Positions 45,901 to 57,874 of a DNA stretch of 64,000 nt are shown here, one piece after another (position 1 is the stretch's first letter; every line of letters starts with the position of its first letter). This DNA comes from Curvularia clavata. Lineage: Eukaryota. The stretch covers positions 3,906,001 through 3,970,000 of the forward strand of contig CP089276.1 in the NCBI GenBank assembly GCA_023920165.1, written 5' to 3'. Both the position numbers and the translations under genes were made by a program. Under the pieces are notes generated by a model. It was not told the origin of the DNA, made no database searches, and saw only the letters and a program-made list of their open reading frames with translations.

Positions 45901-46994
45901 CGGCTAGCGGCTAGGTTCGGCTCGGGAGCTAGAAGGCTCCACGGATGGAATAATGGCCAAGCAGATAACATTTACTGCATTGAGCCTGGCCCCTTGAGCT
46001 TGCGCTGGCAGAGTCGCGGCGACGAGTGTGGTGAAAAGTCTGATACTCGGCGCTCTTGATAGAGGCTTAGCGGTGTCTTGTTGCTTTGACCTCAAGGCTA
46101 GGTACGTGGCTACTGATAGGAACAAGGCTGGACACGACATGCTCAGCTCGTAGCGGGCAAGCGAGCACGCAACTGCACGCCTGAGAGAGCATCGTGTGCT
46201 GATGCTGATGGGGTGTAGGTATGGGTGTTTACATGCTATGTGAAAAGGTGAGCATGTATGCTTGTGGTGATTAGAGTAACGGGTGGCTTGGAGAGACTAA
46301 CCGAGTCCAAGGCCAACGCCGGTCTTTGCAACGCCAGCTTCTGACATGCAGACGACCTGGCCTGGCCGTTCACGCACGACCCGCTGCGTTAGGCGGGGCA
46401 AAACGCCGCGGCTGAGCAAACACCCTGTCGCCCAGACTTGGGATACCTTCTCCACGACAGCGTTGCATCAGTCGCACGCTTGGGATTGGGACAGCCTGGT
46501 CGCCCGCCATGCCCAATCCAGGCGCACCCAACGACAAATCTCTTGCCCAGCGCCGGCCTATCAGCGAATTAAGGATATGCCAAGGCCGCCGCCAAGACGC
46601 TACCCCAACTGCATCGAGAAGGAGAATATACGCGCCGCCCGTGTGCCCAATGTCCGCCTGTCTCGTGCGTTGCCTTCCACCCCACCTCTCCAGCCAGCCG
46701 ACGCTTGGACGCCGGGGGTTTGCTCGTATGCCACGGCCATGGCTTGTTATCAGTAGTCCTGTGGGCCGACCATTTTGCCCTCTCCGCCGCGTCGGTCTTA
46801 TCATAGTCGGCTAAGAAACACCCACCCACATGGCTATTTGAAGGCTCCAGTCCTCGCGCCGCTGCCCTCGCTCAAGCTCAGGTTTCTCTCCTCCAAGTTT
46901 GCGTCCTGCTAGCCTCGGTGCGGCTCTCCGCCACCCTACTGTGTGATAGAGAAGACTTGCATTCTACTATCCACGCCCCCTTCACCTGTCCACC

Positions 46995-48872
46995 ATGTCC
47001 GCCTGGAACAGGAAAACACACTCGTCCGGGAGCGGCACCAGCCCGGATCCCGAGTATGGCGCAAAGTCAGAGTACCAGCAAACCTCTGCCGTCCAAGTCG
47101 ACAGCGATGGTGTTGCTGTTCACAACGAAAGCGGCCACCTTCACCGTGGCCTCAAGTCCAGACACATCACTATGATTGCCATCGGTGGTGCTATTGGAAC
47201 CGGTCTCATTATTGGTACCGGAAAGGCCCTGGCCCAGTCTGGGTACGTTGCGCAAAACGCCAATCAAATTGCGCCATAGCTGACAGCTGTAGTCCCGCTT
47301 CTATCCTCATCGCTTACACCATGGTCGGTCTCATCGTCTACGTCGTCATGACTGCTCTCGGCGAGATGGCCGCCTGGATTCCCCACGCTTCTGGTTTCGC
47401 CGGCTATGCCACTCGTTTCTGTGACCCTGCTCTCGGTTTTGCTCTTGGGTAAGCCTTCATCTCTGCAGACTGCTCTCCCAGTCCATACCACTAACAGCGC
47501 ACAGTTGGTGCTATTTTGCCAAATACGTCATTACAACGCCCAATCAATTGACTGCTTCTGCTCTGATTATCCAGGAATGGAAACATCGAGACGAAGTCAA
47601 TCCGGGTGTATGGATCGCCGTCTTCCTCGTTGCCATCTGTGCCATCAACTACTTTGGTATCAAGTTCTTCGGTGAGCTTGAATTTTGGCTTAGTTCCATC
47701 AAGGTTGTCACCATTGTCGGCGTCATCATCCTCTCGTTCCTACTGGCAGTCGGTGTCGGCCCTGGCGGAGCTACTGGTTTCAAGTACTATAATAATCCTG
47801 GTGCTTTCAAACCGTATCTCGCTACTGGTGCTGAAGGCAAGTTCTACGGCTTCTGGAGCTCTTTGGTCAACGCTGTCTTCGCATACCTTGGTACTGAGCT
47901 GATCGGTGTCACGGTCGGTGAGGCTCAGAACCCTCGCAAGACGATCCCACGCGCCATCAAGCTCACATTTTACCGGATCCTGTTCTTCTACTGTCTGTCC
48001 ATCTTCTTCCTCGGCATGATTGTACCGTACAACTCGGACGAGTTGGCGTTTGCCAACAAGGCCACTACCGGTGCTTCTGCCTCGCCATTCGTCGTCGCCA
48101 TCAAGATCGCCAAGATCCCGCACCTCCCGAACATTGTTAACGCCTGCATCTTGCTGTTCACCTTTAGTGCTTCCAACTCGGATCTATACATTGCCTCCCG
48201 TACCATCTACGGACTTGCTGTTGAGGGCCATGCCCCTAAGATCTTCCTCTGGACCGACAAGCGCGGCGTGCCCGTGCCAGCTTTGGCCATCTCGGCTCTT
48301 CTCTGCTGCACTGCCTTTATGAACGTGGCAGACGATTCCAAGACAGTTTTCGGCTACTTTGTCAACCTGACCACCATCTTTGGACTTTTGTCCTGGATCT
48401 CGCTCCTGGTCTCCCACATCTGGTTCGTCCGTGCACGCCGGGCTCAGGGCATCACCAAGGACCAGATGGCTTACACTGCACCATTTGGCCTCATTGGTTC
48501 TTACATTGCTCTGTTCTTCTGCATCCTGATTGCCTTGACCAAGAACTTCTCCGTCTTCACCAAGGGCAAATACGGCAACTTTGACTACAAGAACTTTATT
48601 ACCGGATACCTTGTAAGTTTTTGCAGCAACGAAATCCAGACATTCTTACTAACATGATACAGGGTATTCCAATTTACCTAATGTGCATCTTTGGTTACAA
48701 ATACATCATGAAGACCAAGATGGTCCGCCCCCACGAAGCCGACTTCTACACCGGCAAGGACGAGATCGACCGCGAGGAAGAGGCTTTCCTGGCTCATGCC
48801 GCCGAGAAGAAGGCTGCCGGTGGCCGCGACGGCAGCTGGTTCTACAAGACCTTTATTGCCTGGTTGATTTAA
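46995..48872 (+). CDS. DIP5: APC/YAT-family amino acid permease (dicarboxylic amino acid permease-like), about 573 aa; exons 46995-47242, 47293-47448, 47505-48612, 48663-48872
   Basis: LHRGLKSRHITMIAIGGAIGTGL, ALGEMA, FGELEFWLSSIK, YLGTELIGVTVGEAQNPRK, SPFV, SDLYIASR; three canonical introns. The family is clear, but the DIP5 orthology is inferred. Confidence 0.9.
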
Positions 48873-49468
48873 ATGCAGTTTTAGAGGCGGCTTCTCAGCC
48901 CTTGACATTTATACACCACTGTGCTAGATGTTAGGATTCGACACGTTTGCATGATTTTAAATGTGTCATGGTTAATAAAAAAATTTATGATATCCATCGT
49001 CTTGGTTTCTGAAACTTTAAGCAAAACACGAGTGATCATTGCGCTTGATTGAAACATTGTAGAGAAAATTGCTGCATTTGACCAATATCCTGCCCTTGAA
49101 TACCTCAAGAATGCAAAAAGCAGCATCCGTGTAAAACTTATCATCGCAAACATCTCTGCTCCGTCCCGCTCCTCCCGCCTAGCCCCAGCGCCAAGCCTCT
49201 CCCGCTCTCACATCACACAAACTCACGCCCAACGAACGTCGCAATAAGCTCCATACCTAAGCTCACACGCCCGAGAAACGCCATACATTGGCAACGCTTC
49301 TTATTCCTCGAGCTTGAATCTGACATTAAGCATGAGATTCGTGCTTGGGTGGCTATTCAAGAGGCTTGGAAAGGAAGAAGGGTGCCGTGCTTGCCGTGTT
49401 TGCCGGATGGTAAGGTCACGTGAGATTGTCATGTCAGATGGAAGAGGGGAAAAGCCGTGGTTTACTAA

Positions 49469-49492
<24 letters not shown>
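49469..49492 (+). repeat. (AG)12 microsatellite
   Basis: Direct reading. Confidence 0.95.
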
Positions 49493-49501
<9 letters not shown>

Positions 49502-50766
49502 CAGGTCTTGGTTGGGAATGGGACACAGTAAGGCAGAATTTGCCTGGTGGATTTGTGCAATGTGATGGGGGGTGACGGGATACTATTTTTCGGCCTTGCG
49601 AGGCTGGCTGCGAGGCGGATGGCTGTGCGGTTAGGCGGAGTTTGTGAGATGGAGGCTCTTGGGCCTATTAGCCAAGTGTGTAGACTGCGTATTAAACTAG
49701 ATCTTTTGCGTGTAGAAGACGTGATGGCTGATAGGTGGACTGCGAAGCCCTGTTGTGTTGGAGGAATAGGCTTGTGGCTGACGTGCAAGGCGACATACGG
49801 TCTGACGGGCTGGTGGGTGTAGATGAGTTGGCAATGGAAGTCATCAGAATTCTCTCTGATTTGAAGACGGGACGGGATGATGGGCACTCCTTCACTGACT
49901 TTGGTATGATCTTGCTTCTAAATCTTAGAGCTTATATTGTGAGTGGGCTAGTCTTCTTTCAAGTATGGCCTTACAGACCTTGTTTCTAAGTGCATAGTAT
50001 CCTTCATCTTGTTAACGATGCCGTTACTTGTACATGTTGTCCTTGTGTGCAATCCATATGTGGGACCGTTTTTGCAAGGCTGTCTGAGTACATGGTGAGT
50101 TCCGTGGACATCTTATTCCATTCTGACGATATTGCCTTGCTATCCTCTCACTCAGCAAGGCGGCGTAGACCAAAATCTGATTGCCTCTCCCTAGCTCATC
50201 ATCCTCATGTTACTTCGTCAAGTTTGCAGTTGTCTATGTATCACTCGGACATCTCCGCCACCATCGCCTTCGAATCCTCTCGTAGGGCTTACAAAGAGTC
50301 ATATCAATGCCTACAATGAAGCCTCGGCCTTTCTTCATGTTGCACGAAGCAAGGATTCTGAGGACAGAGGAAGGGCACGCCTTGAATGCGCCTCTTCTTC
50401 CCATCCTGAGTCAGAAAAACGCAATTCCGAGGTGGATTAAGGCGATATGGGCGCTTTAAACAAATTTTTGCTTCACATTTCATACACTAGAGAGAATATA
50501 AACTCGGTCGTCGTAATGCATACTACATCTCTATCAGACACAGCTACTCACACCTCCTCTTCGCATCACAACACTTGAGACTTCAGAAAGCAAAAGCTGC
50601 AGAACGAACGGATAAAGAGCTTTGAAGATATCCATATCAGTACAATACACAGAGAATCTGTCACTTCAACATTACCCACAGCACTGCATTATTCGACCTC
50701 GCTATACTAAACATACCTCTAAATTCAATCATGTTATCACCGTCTACTCGATACTCCTTCAGCAAC

Positions 50767-50994
50767 ATGGACACAACCCTTTCGCCCCAACGTACAACTA
50801 CTAGAGCTCGAACATTGCCCCACCCCCCGTACGTTGAGATCCCGAATACATCTTCCGAATTGGTTCGATACACAGCAGCTTCTTCGGGCATGGCAGACGA
50901 CATGTGGGTTTGCTATGAGTGCGGAGCTGAGAATAACAATTGGGTGGAGCGTTGCCCGGTCTGTGGCGAGGGGTGGAGGCCAGATGCGGAGTGA
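50767..50994 (+). CDS. Small protein (75 aa) with one RanBP2-type zinc finger
   Basis: WVCYECGAENNNWVERCPVC fits W-x-C-x2-C-x3-N-x6-C-x2-C exactly. ATG context is CAACATGG and TATAAA lies at 50497-50502. Confidence 0.6.
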   Translation: MDTTLSPQRTTTRARTLPHPPYVEIPNTSSELVRYTAASSGMADDMWVCYECGAENNNWVERCPVCGEGWRPDAE

Positions 50995-51758
50995 ACTACT
51001 CGAGTGGAGGGAAAGGAGGAGAGGTCTGATGGTGTGGGACGAGGACGATGAGAGACAGTGATTGGAGATGAGGAGCTGGATTCTGTGTTAGAGGATGGTC
51101 TTTTGTTGTTGCGATCTGTTTTGGCTTTGGTTAGATTCTTTTCCTAGGGTGTCGTCTTTTATATCTGTCTTGCTGTAGTGGGTATTTGCAAAATCATTTT
51201 GTATTTAAATTTCGTCATATTCGACTGGGCGTGCTATATTTCTTTTTTGTGACTATCACCCTTTTCCCTCTTAGATCACTTCGCTACTAAATATCCTATA
51301 TTTCTATGTGACTATCTCACAGTCTTGGTGTCTGCTACCGTGGCAGCTTGACACAATGATGAGGCCAGTACAACATCTCTTTCATGCTGAATTAATCATG
51401 CATTGAAACTGGGTTCGGCATTCGTTTTACAGGGTGGAGTCTTTCCCTGGAGTGCTTCATGGAATGCGGAAGATCCTATAGATAACCTTGCTCGTGGTAT
51501 GTCGTTTGTGCGCACCTTGGTTGTTGCTGACTTCTGCTATGCCCCACATCAACAGATGGAGGATGCGCGGCGCCGACTTCTGGGTATGATTCCAGCTGGA
51601 CCTAGGTGATGACGTTCAAGTGTTAGCTCTTTAGGCGTTGTTGGTGTTGCTTGTAGTCGAGCATGATCTAATAATACACCAGTCCAGTATAAGTACTGGG
51701 CTGGAGGCCTTTTCTGTGTTACAGCCACAAATATGCTGCCGGGCCTGTTTAGCCATCT

Positions 51759-52511
51759 TCAGTAATCCTGTATGCCCGTTTCGCCAGTCAAGATCTTCTC
51801 TTTGCCCTCTCCATCAGAGTCGAAGTCACTTTCCATACTATCAAAGTATGCGTCCTGCAAGTCTCTCTCCTGCTCAGGGTCGTCGTACTTGGGGTTGTAG
51901 TCCACCAGCTTCGCATAGTCAAAATCGTCATCTCCGCCTCTGAGGAAGCGTTGCGTCATCTCGTCCACCCACCAAGCCTTCCCCTCCTCCTTGCTCATGG
52001 GTATGTCATCTTTGTCCTCTTCCATTATCTCTCCCTGTGGCCCACGAGTATACGTAAAAAGAGAATTGGGATCTGGCCGCGCCAGCGCATCCTTCTTTGC
52101 TTCAGCGCGCTCGAGGTCTGTCATCATTTGGCCAGAGAAACCCTTCCTCCGACCTTCGGCTTCGCGCTCGGCTGCGGTTTGGAAGCGGCGGATCAGACGA
52201 TCATAGAGTAAAGGGTCGGCAAGCTCGAGAGATGAGTCGTCAAAGTACTCAGGATGTACTTCGAGGTAACGTTTGCGCCTGTTTTTGGCTTGAAGTCGTT
52301 GCGCTCGTGCTTCTTGCTGTTGTCGCATCTGTTCGCGGAGAAGAGAATCGTCTACAGAATCATCCATAGCAATATCCTCGTTATTGTCTGTAGGCGTGGT
52401 GCCGTCGTTGACATGACTGAGTGAGCTCGTGGGGTGGTTCGGAGCTTCAGGCGCGCTCGCGGGTCGTAGAGCAAGAGGCGCCATTCGTGGTGATGCAGTG
52501 ATATATGGCAT
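51759..52511 (-). CDS. CCDC97-like (DUF2052) coiled-coil protein, 250 aa
   Basis: KNRRKRYL..EYF, ADPLLYDRLIRRFQT, RFLRGGDDDFDY..VD..YDD..AYFD motifs. Confidence 0.8.
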   Translation of the reverse strand: MPYITASPRMAPLALRPASAPEAPNHPTSSLSHVNDGTTPTDNNEDIAMDDSVDDSLLREQMRQQQEARAQRLQAKNRRKRYLEVHPEYFDDSSLELADPLLYDRLIRRFQTAAEREAEGRRKGFSGQMMTDLERAEAKKDALARPDPNSLFTYTRGPQGEIMEEDKDDIPMSKEEGKAWWVDEMTQRFLRGGDDDFDYAKLVDYNPKYDDPEQERDLQDAYFDSMESDFDSDGEGKEKILTGETGIQDY

Positions 52512-53023
52512 ACTCCAGTATCAAAATTCGGTGAATACTCTTCTGCGGTAAGACGATGTGTGAGGAGTCGAGCGTGGGCGCATTCATCCCATCGTGGGTT
52601 GGTAATGACGCCACAAGCTCGCGCCACAGGAAACAGGGTCCGCCTAGTCGAAACGCGCCCAGTCGAGACGAGATCCACCTTAATGATCGACCGTTTCATC
52701 AAGCCGAAAGCCAGGAACAGGTGGCTCCTTGGTTATTAACTTCAACGTCTTCCCAGTCCTCTTCTTCCTTATTCCCTTCTTCCAGCCATTGAGCGTCGTT
52801 GTTGTCGCCGTCATTTTTGTTGTTTCTCGTAGGCCGAATTCGCTGTGCGGATACACGGTCCGTTTAAAGTGGGAAAAAGAGCTTGGAAGTCTTGCGAGTT
52901 TACGCCTTATCTGGTCTTTTCGGCTGTACATATTTTGTCACCTGTTGCATTCACTGCATCGCTTTTCTTCCTTTAAGATCGTGCTCTAGAAGAAGAGCAG
53001 GAAAGATTTGCACGTCCATCACC

Positions 53024-54769
53024 ATGTCTTCAAAACAAAAGACGCAGAAAAGGCCAAAGGCCACGAGCAAGGCAGATCCACCAACACAACGGGCTCCAGC
53101 ATCAACAATTCTTCTAAACACGGGCCGAGCAGCAGCACTTCTCATCATCGCTGGGTTTGCTTCCCCAGTCTCTCAGCTCAACCTGTCGCCCGTCTATGGA
53201 TCCATTCCTGCGTCTTTGCATCACCAACGGACCATGACCATTGTCGCTGTGGCCGCTTTGCTGATACGACGGGCAATAAGGAGCTACACATCAGCCAATG
53301 TCTCACAGTACATTGCCGTAGTCGCATACTGGACTCCTGTGATACAATTTCTCCTATTTCCGTACAGTGAAAAGATGGGAGTTGAGTACGGACCCATGGC
53401 GATTGAGTTATTGACGTACTTCCCGCTGTTGTTCTTGTCAATCTTCGCTGCTGCCGATCTGCTCGAATGTATCGACATCAGTGGCTTCAATCCGTCTCCG
53501 TTGAAGGAGATTGTCATTCCCACCGCCTCTTACTTTGCTGTCTCGACCACAGCCAAGATCAGCAGCGCTCTCATCCCAAGCTTCATCGGCACTTCGGTCT
53601 ATTTTACTCGTGTCGGTCTGCAAATGCTTTTGGCATCGGCATCTGCCTTCTTCACCCCCTCGCGCGTCATCTTCCTCGCGTTTCCAGCCATCTTGCATAC
53701 GCTCTGGACAAACCCGCATCATCCATCAACCCACGGACTGCAACTAGCCAACTCGACTTTGCAGGCGACTCAAAACTATACGCTACTTGCTCGACACGAA
53801 TCAGTCACAGGATATGTCTCCGTCGTCGAAAGCCAAACCGACAATGCCTTCCGTCTCCTCAGATGTGACCACTCACTTCTGGGTGGTGAATGGTTGGTAA
53901 CACCTGCAGCATATGAAAAAGGCCAGCGACAACGCGAGACTATTTTTGCCGTCTTTGTGCTCCTCGAAGCTGTCCGACTTATGAAACCTCCAGTTGCATC
54001 TATCCCCGTCATCGACGATAGTAAGAAATCTGCATTGGTCATCGGCCTCGGTATTGGTACTGCGCCCAATGCCATGATTGCCCACGGCATCAACACCACC
54101 ATTGTCGAACTCGACCCCGTGGTTCACCACTATGCGACCAAGTACTTCAACCTGAGCCCCAACCACAATGCTGTCATTGCCGACGCTACATCCTACGTCG
54201 CGGAGAAGTCCGTCTCTGCTCTCGGAAGCTACGACTACATCATTCACGACGTCTTCACTGGTGGTGCCGAACCCGTATACCTTTTCACTACCGAGTTCAT
54301 GAAAGGTCTGTACAACCTCTTAGCCGACGACGGCTTCGTAGCCATCAACTATGCAGGCGACCTCAACCTCGGAAGCACGCGCTTAGTCCTGAACACCATC
54401 CACGCCATCTTCCCCGCATGCCGTATCTTCCGTGACTCAGCTGCTCCCGAGGATCGGAAGGAGGGCGATCCCGACTTCATCAACATGGTCATTTTCTGCG
54501 TCAAGAACGATCATGGTCGCGGAAAGAAAGCAGTGCAGTTCCGTAGCCCAAGGTCTGCTGACTACCTAGGAAGCATCGCACGTAGCAACTTTCTGGAGCC
54601 GCAAGAGAACCTCGAAGTCAAGTATGAGTTTGTGTCGAAGGAAAAGGGTGGCAGAGTCATGGGTAACGCTGATGTAGCTGAGTTGGAGAAGTTTCACAAG
54701 GACGGCGCTGTCAGCCACTGGAGGATCATGAGGAGCGTGATTCCGGGTGGTGTTTGGGAGATGTGGTAG
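53024..54769 (+). CDS. Membrane-anchored spermidine-synthase-like class I SAM-dependent transferase, about 581 aa
   Basis: Several hydrophobic N-terminal segments, then SVTGYVSVVE, RCDHSLLGG, ALVIGLGIG, IVELDP, YDYIIHDVFTGG. ATG at 53024 in ACCATG context. Confidence 0.85.
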   Translation: MSSKQKTQKRPKATSKADPPTQRAPASTILLNTGRAAALLIIAGFASPVSQLNLSPVYGSIPASLHHQRTMTIVAVAALLIRRAIRSYTSANVSQYIAVVAYWTPVIQFLLFPYSEKMGVEYGPMAIELLTYFPLLFLSIFAAADLLECIDISGFNPSPLKEIVIPTASYFAVSTTAKISSALIPSFIGTSVYFTRVGLQMLLASASAFFTPSRVIFLAFPAILHTLWTNPHHPSTHGLQLANSTLQATQNYTLLARHESVTGYVSVVESQTDNAFRLLRCDHSLLGGEWLVTPAAYEKGQRQRETIFAVFVLLEAVRLMKPPVASIPVIDDSKKSALVIGLGIGTAPNAMIAHGINTTIVELDPVVHHYATKYFNLSPNHNAVIADATSYVAEKSVSALGSYDYIIHDVFTGGAEPVYLFTTEFMKGLYNLLADDGFVAINYAGDLNLGSTRLVLNTIHAIFPACRIFRDSAAPEDRKEGDPDFINMVIFCVKNDHGRGKKAVQFRSPRSADYLGSIARSNFLEPQENLEVKYEFVSKEKGGRVMGNADVAELEKFHKDGAVSHWRIMRSVIPGGVWEMW

Positions 54770-54945
54770 ATGAACGTAGGAAGTTGGGCTCTTTCACTTT
54801 GCCTTGTGAGAACAAGTAGGAGAGGAGGGAATGGTAGATTTTGTAGATGTTGTCTCTAATTGTACATGTAGCATTATGTGAATGCTTTGACCATCACATT
54901 CGTAATTTTGAGACCCGGCAAGAACTTGGAAACTGCCTGTTTCTC

Positions 54946-55547
54946 TCATGTTGCTTTTCTCTGAGTTGATTTGTGAGTATTTTCCCGAGCTTCCTCCTGC
55001 ACTCTCTTCCAGGCTTCTTTGCGTGCTTCTTCGCGCGCTCTTTTGTGAGCTTCTTCGTAAGCTTCTTTATAGGCTTCTTTATACGTCCTTTGATAAGCTT
55101 CTTTATAAGCTTCTTCGTGAGCGTCTTTGCGAGCGTCTTCACGAGCTTGTCTGCGCGCTTCTTCGTGAGCCTTTTCATGTCTATTCTAAGCATGGAAGTA
55201 AGCCAGAGTGTCATGATATTGTACAGTTTTATCGGCATCAAACATATCCGCGAACTCCGCTGAGCACTTACACTGGTGGGAGACTCGCCTCTCGTATATG
55301 GGAGGTCTGATCCCTCCTCCTCGCTCACTTTGGTTGGCCGTGTGATAGATTTGGTGAAGCTTATCGCTGACGATTCTGCTGTTGCAGCTGCACCAACCTG
55401 CTCGTGAATGGCAGCTGCTTGTTCAATGGCAGCTTGTTCGGCAGCTTTTCGCTCAGCTGCAAGAGCTATCCGCTTTGGTTTTGGGGGTCGAGGCTTTCGA
55501 TAGCCATGCTTCTTTCCAGACTTTCGCCTATCGCTCCGTTGTTCCAT
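54946..55547 (-). CDS. Hypothetical charged helical protein, about 171 aa if spliced (exons 55547-55272 and 55185-54946)
   Basis: A phase-0 GTAAGT donor at 55271 and TAG acceptor at 55186 give EAYK/EAYE/EARK repeats. The unspliced ORF runs to 54894 with KKLx repeats. The branch point is weak. Confidence 0.45.
55011..55178. repeat. 14 degenerate copies of a 12-bp minisatellite
   Basis: Units such as gagcttcttcgt, aagcttctttat, aggcttctttat, gagcgtctttgc in exact 12-bp register. Confidence 0.9.
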
Positions 55548-57400
55548 GGTCTACAGTTGCTGGATGGAGTCTGACACCCACGTAGTCACGTACAAGCAGA
55601 TTGTGAAAAACTGAGATTAAGAAAATGGATTGTTGGGAGTTGTGAGACGGTTGTGGGTTTGCTTAGAGGAAGTAGGAAGAAGTGAGGACATGAGAAGTGG
55701 GATCCTGCTAAACCGGGGAGGTGCACTGAGAGGGAAGGCACGCACGTGACAACGCAAACAGCTTCATGGCTCCAAAGACAGTGTCTAATAGGTTGCACTG
55801 ACTTATCACGAGCCGTTATCAGTCTACCTTCACTTTGCCTTTACTTCTGAAGCCTACAGGACGACACCAAGGCCCATGCAGGAGGAGACTAACGACCCGA
55901 CAATTAGACTTCTGAGTGAATCACGTCTTCTTGAATCAGATAAAAAGATCTATTTTCCCTTTCTCTGGCTTACCTTGGAAGCCTCTCACGGTATATGACC
56001 ATGCTCCCCTCGATAGCGCCCACTGTTGCCGACGCCACATACGCCAGAATGCCATGACGAACTGCGCTAGACAATGACTCCCAGAGGCATGTAAATTCAA
56101 GGTAATTAGAGAGAGAACCAAGGATATTGGCCATGTAGTTCCATAAGCCTATTGGCGATAAGGAGCTGGAGCGGACGTGTCAAGCTGCAAGGCTAGAGGG
56201 TGTGCTGAGCTGGTCGAACACCATGCACGAGGACTTCTGCTGGATACAATAAAGCCACCATTTGCGAGCGACACGATTCGGAAAAGAGGAAAGCCTGCAT
56301 TCGACTCGCACAAAGCCATCAAGGACTTATCTACCACAGCACGAGGTTTGACCGTGGTTGCACAAGAGCTGAGGCAATGACGATCTCTTCACGCTGGTGC
56401 GCAATGCGGCATTTGATCTCCTGACATGTTGTGGGATTCCTGCGGCCGTGTTTTGCACAGCTTGATGCTCTGTTCCGTGGTTCTTTCGCTGTAAGACCGT
56501 AGCCCTCGGTCTGGCCGACAAGTCAAACGCGGGGTAGCGCACCATAATCAACCACATATTGTAGGTATCGCGACGGTGCAGCTCCGAGCTTTGGATACGA
56601 CCAGGTCCGATACAGACGTCCAGCACATGTGCAGATGTTATTATGGTACTGACACGCATGATCCCTCGGCTTGCATGCATGCTGGGCACAAAGCCACTGA
56701 TAACCTGCGCATGTGTCCTGAAGGACTCGCTAAATTCCCGCAGGACTTTGCATTCCTGCGGCCAGCCATTGCAACGGTTCGTAACATGGATGCTGCTTGA
56801 CAAGTCCACTCTACCTGAGTGACCAGATGCGACACTATGCAACTGAGCAGCAATAAAGAGTACACGAAGGAATCCAAACCCGTGCGAGCGGAGATCGCCA
56901 TGCAGCATCCCTGAAAACCGGTGACCCCGAAATGTGGTTCACATGCATATGCAAATGCACTGATTGGCCTGTCACGAGCCCTACGTCGCAGTAGCACCCC
57001 ACCTTGGCCTCGCCCTTTGCTCGGATGCGTTGGCTTTGCAGCGCACTGTGGGCCTCTAGACCGACGCTCCAAAGTGGAGTGTCGGTGAGCTTTCTAAGGG
57101 AACATGGTGAGTCCAGCGCCCCCGCGGCGCGTGATTGGTTGGAACGGCTTCAGCATGTAAAGAGTCACCGTTACCTCAACTGAGCTGCCATATGCGCCAA
57201 GCAAAGTGGTCAAGGAGGACGCACATTAGGAGGAATGAGGGTCAGAGTTTATGGCGGGTTATAAACCCAGCCGACGGCCTGATGTTTGAGCCTCATTCTT
57301 GTCTCCTGCAGTCATCTTTTAACCGCCTGATCAACTGGGATACAGACGCGCTCTGCCATATACCCCGAACATCCCATCATCCAACAGTGTCAAAGTCACC

Positions 57401-57874
57401 ATGACTTCGTACGGCCAACCCATGCCTCTTCCCACCCGCACAAACACAGTCGATTCGCAAAAGTCACAATCGTCGTCGGGTCAAATGTCACCACCATGCT
57501 CACCAGGATCACCCAACTCTCGTATCGCAACATCGCCAACTGAAGAGTCCTTCTTTGGTGCCATCACAGCGCGCATTCGTGGTCGCTCACGCAGTCGCTC
57601 TCGCGCTGCCACATCAGACAAGCGCACCAAATCGCCCATGGCTATGCCACCTGTGCAGTCGCCACAATCCCAGCACGCATCCGGCGCCAGTTCAACCAGT
57701 CCAGCACGCCCACTTGCGACACCATTGCAGAGCAGCAGACCGAGCGTTCAGAGCCCAGGCAGAAGGAACACAAGCGGAAGTGATCCCTGGAGGGGACGAC
57801 ATTCAAACGACTGGCTATTCAACGGATACTCCGTCACAGCTACCGCCAAAGAATTCATCCAACGGCGCAAGTAA
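57401..57874 (+). CDS. Hypothetical Ser/Pro/Arg-rich protein, 157 aa
   Basis: CACCATG start context, coding-like composition, C-terminal DPWRGRHSNDWLFNGYSV motif. Confidence 0.7.
   Translation: MTSYGQPMPLPTRTNTVDSQKSQSSSGQMSPPCSPGSPNSRIATSPTEESFFGAITARIRGRSRSRSRAATSDKRTKSPMAMPPVQSPQSQHASGASSTSPARPLATPLQSSRPSVQSPGRRNTSGSDPWRGRHSNDWLFNGYSVTATAKEFIQRRK

Noticed and set aside
50829..50878. GTACGT..CAG as an intron in the zinc-finger ORF
   Set aside because: No clear branch site, and removal (47 or 50 nt) would take the finger out of frame.
17504..54769. A polyamine gene cluster (antizyme plus spermidine-synthase-like gene)
   Set aside because: About 35 kb apart with many unrelated genes between, and the second gene's activity is unproven.
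55011..55178. CRISPR-like array
   Set aside because: Contiguous 12-bp tandem units without spacers in a eukaryotic locus. I recognised no CRISPR, rRNA or tRNA genes in the window.
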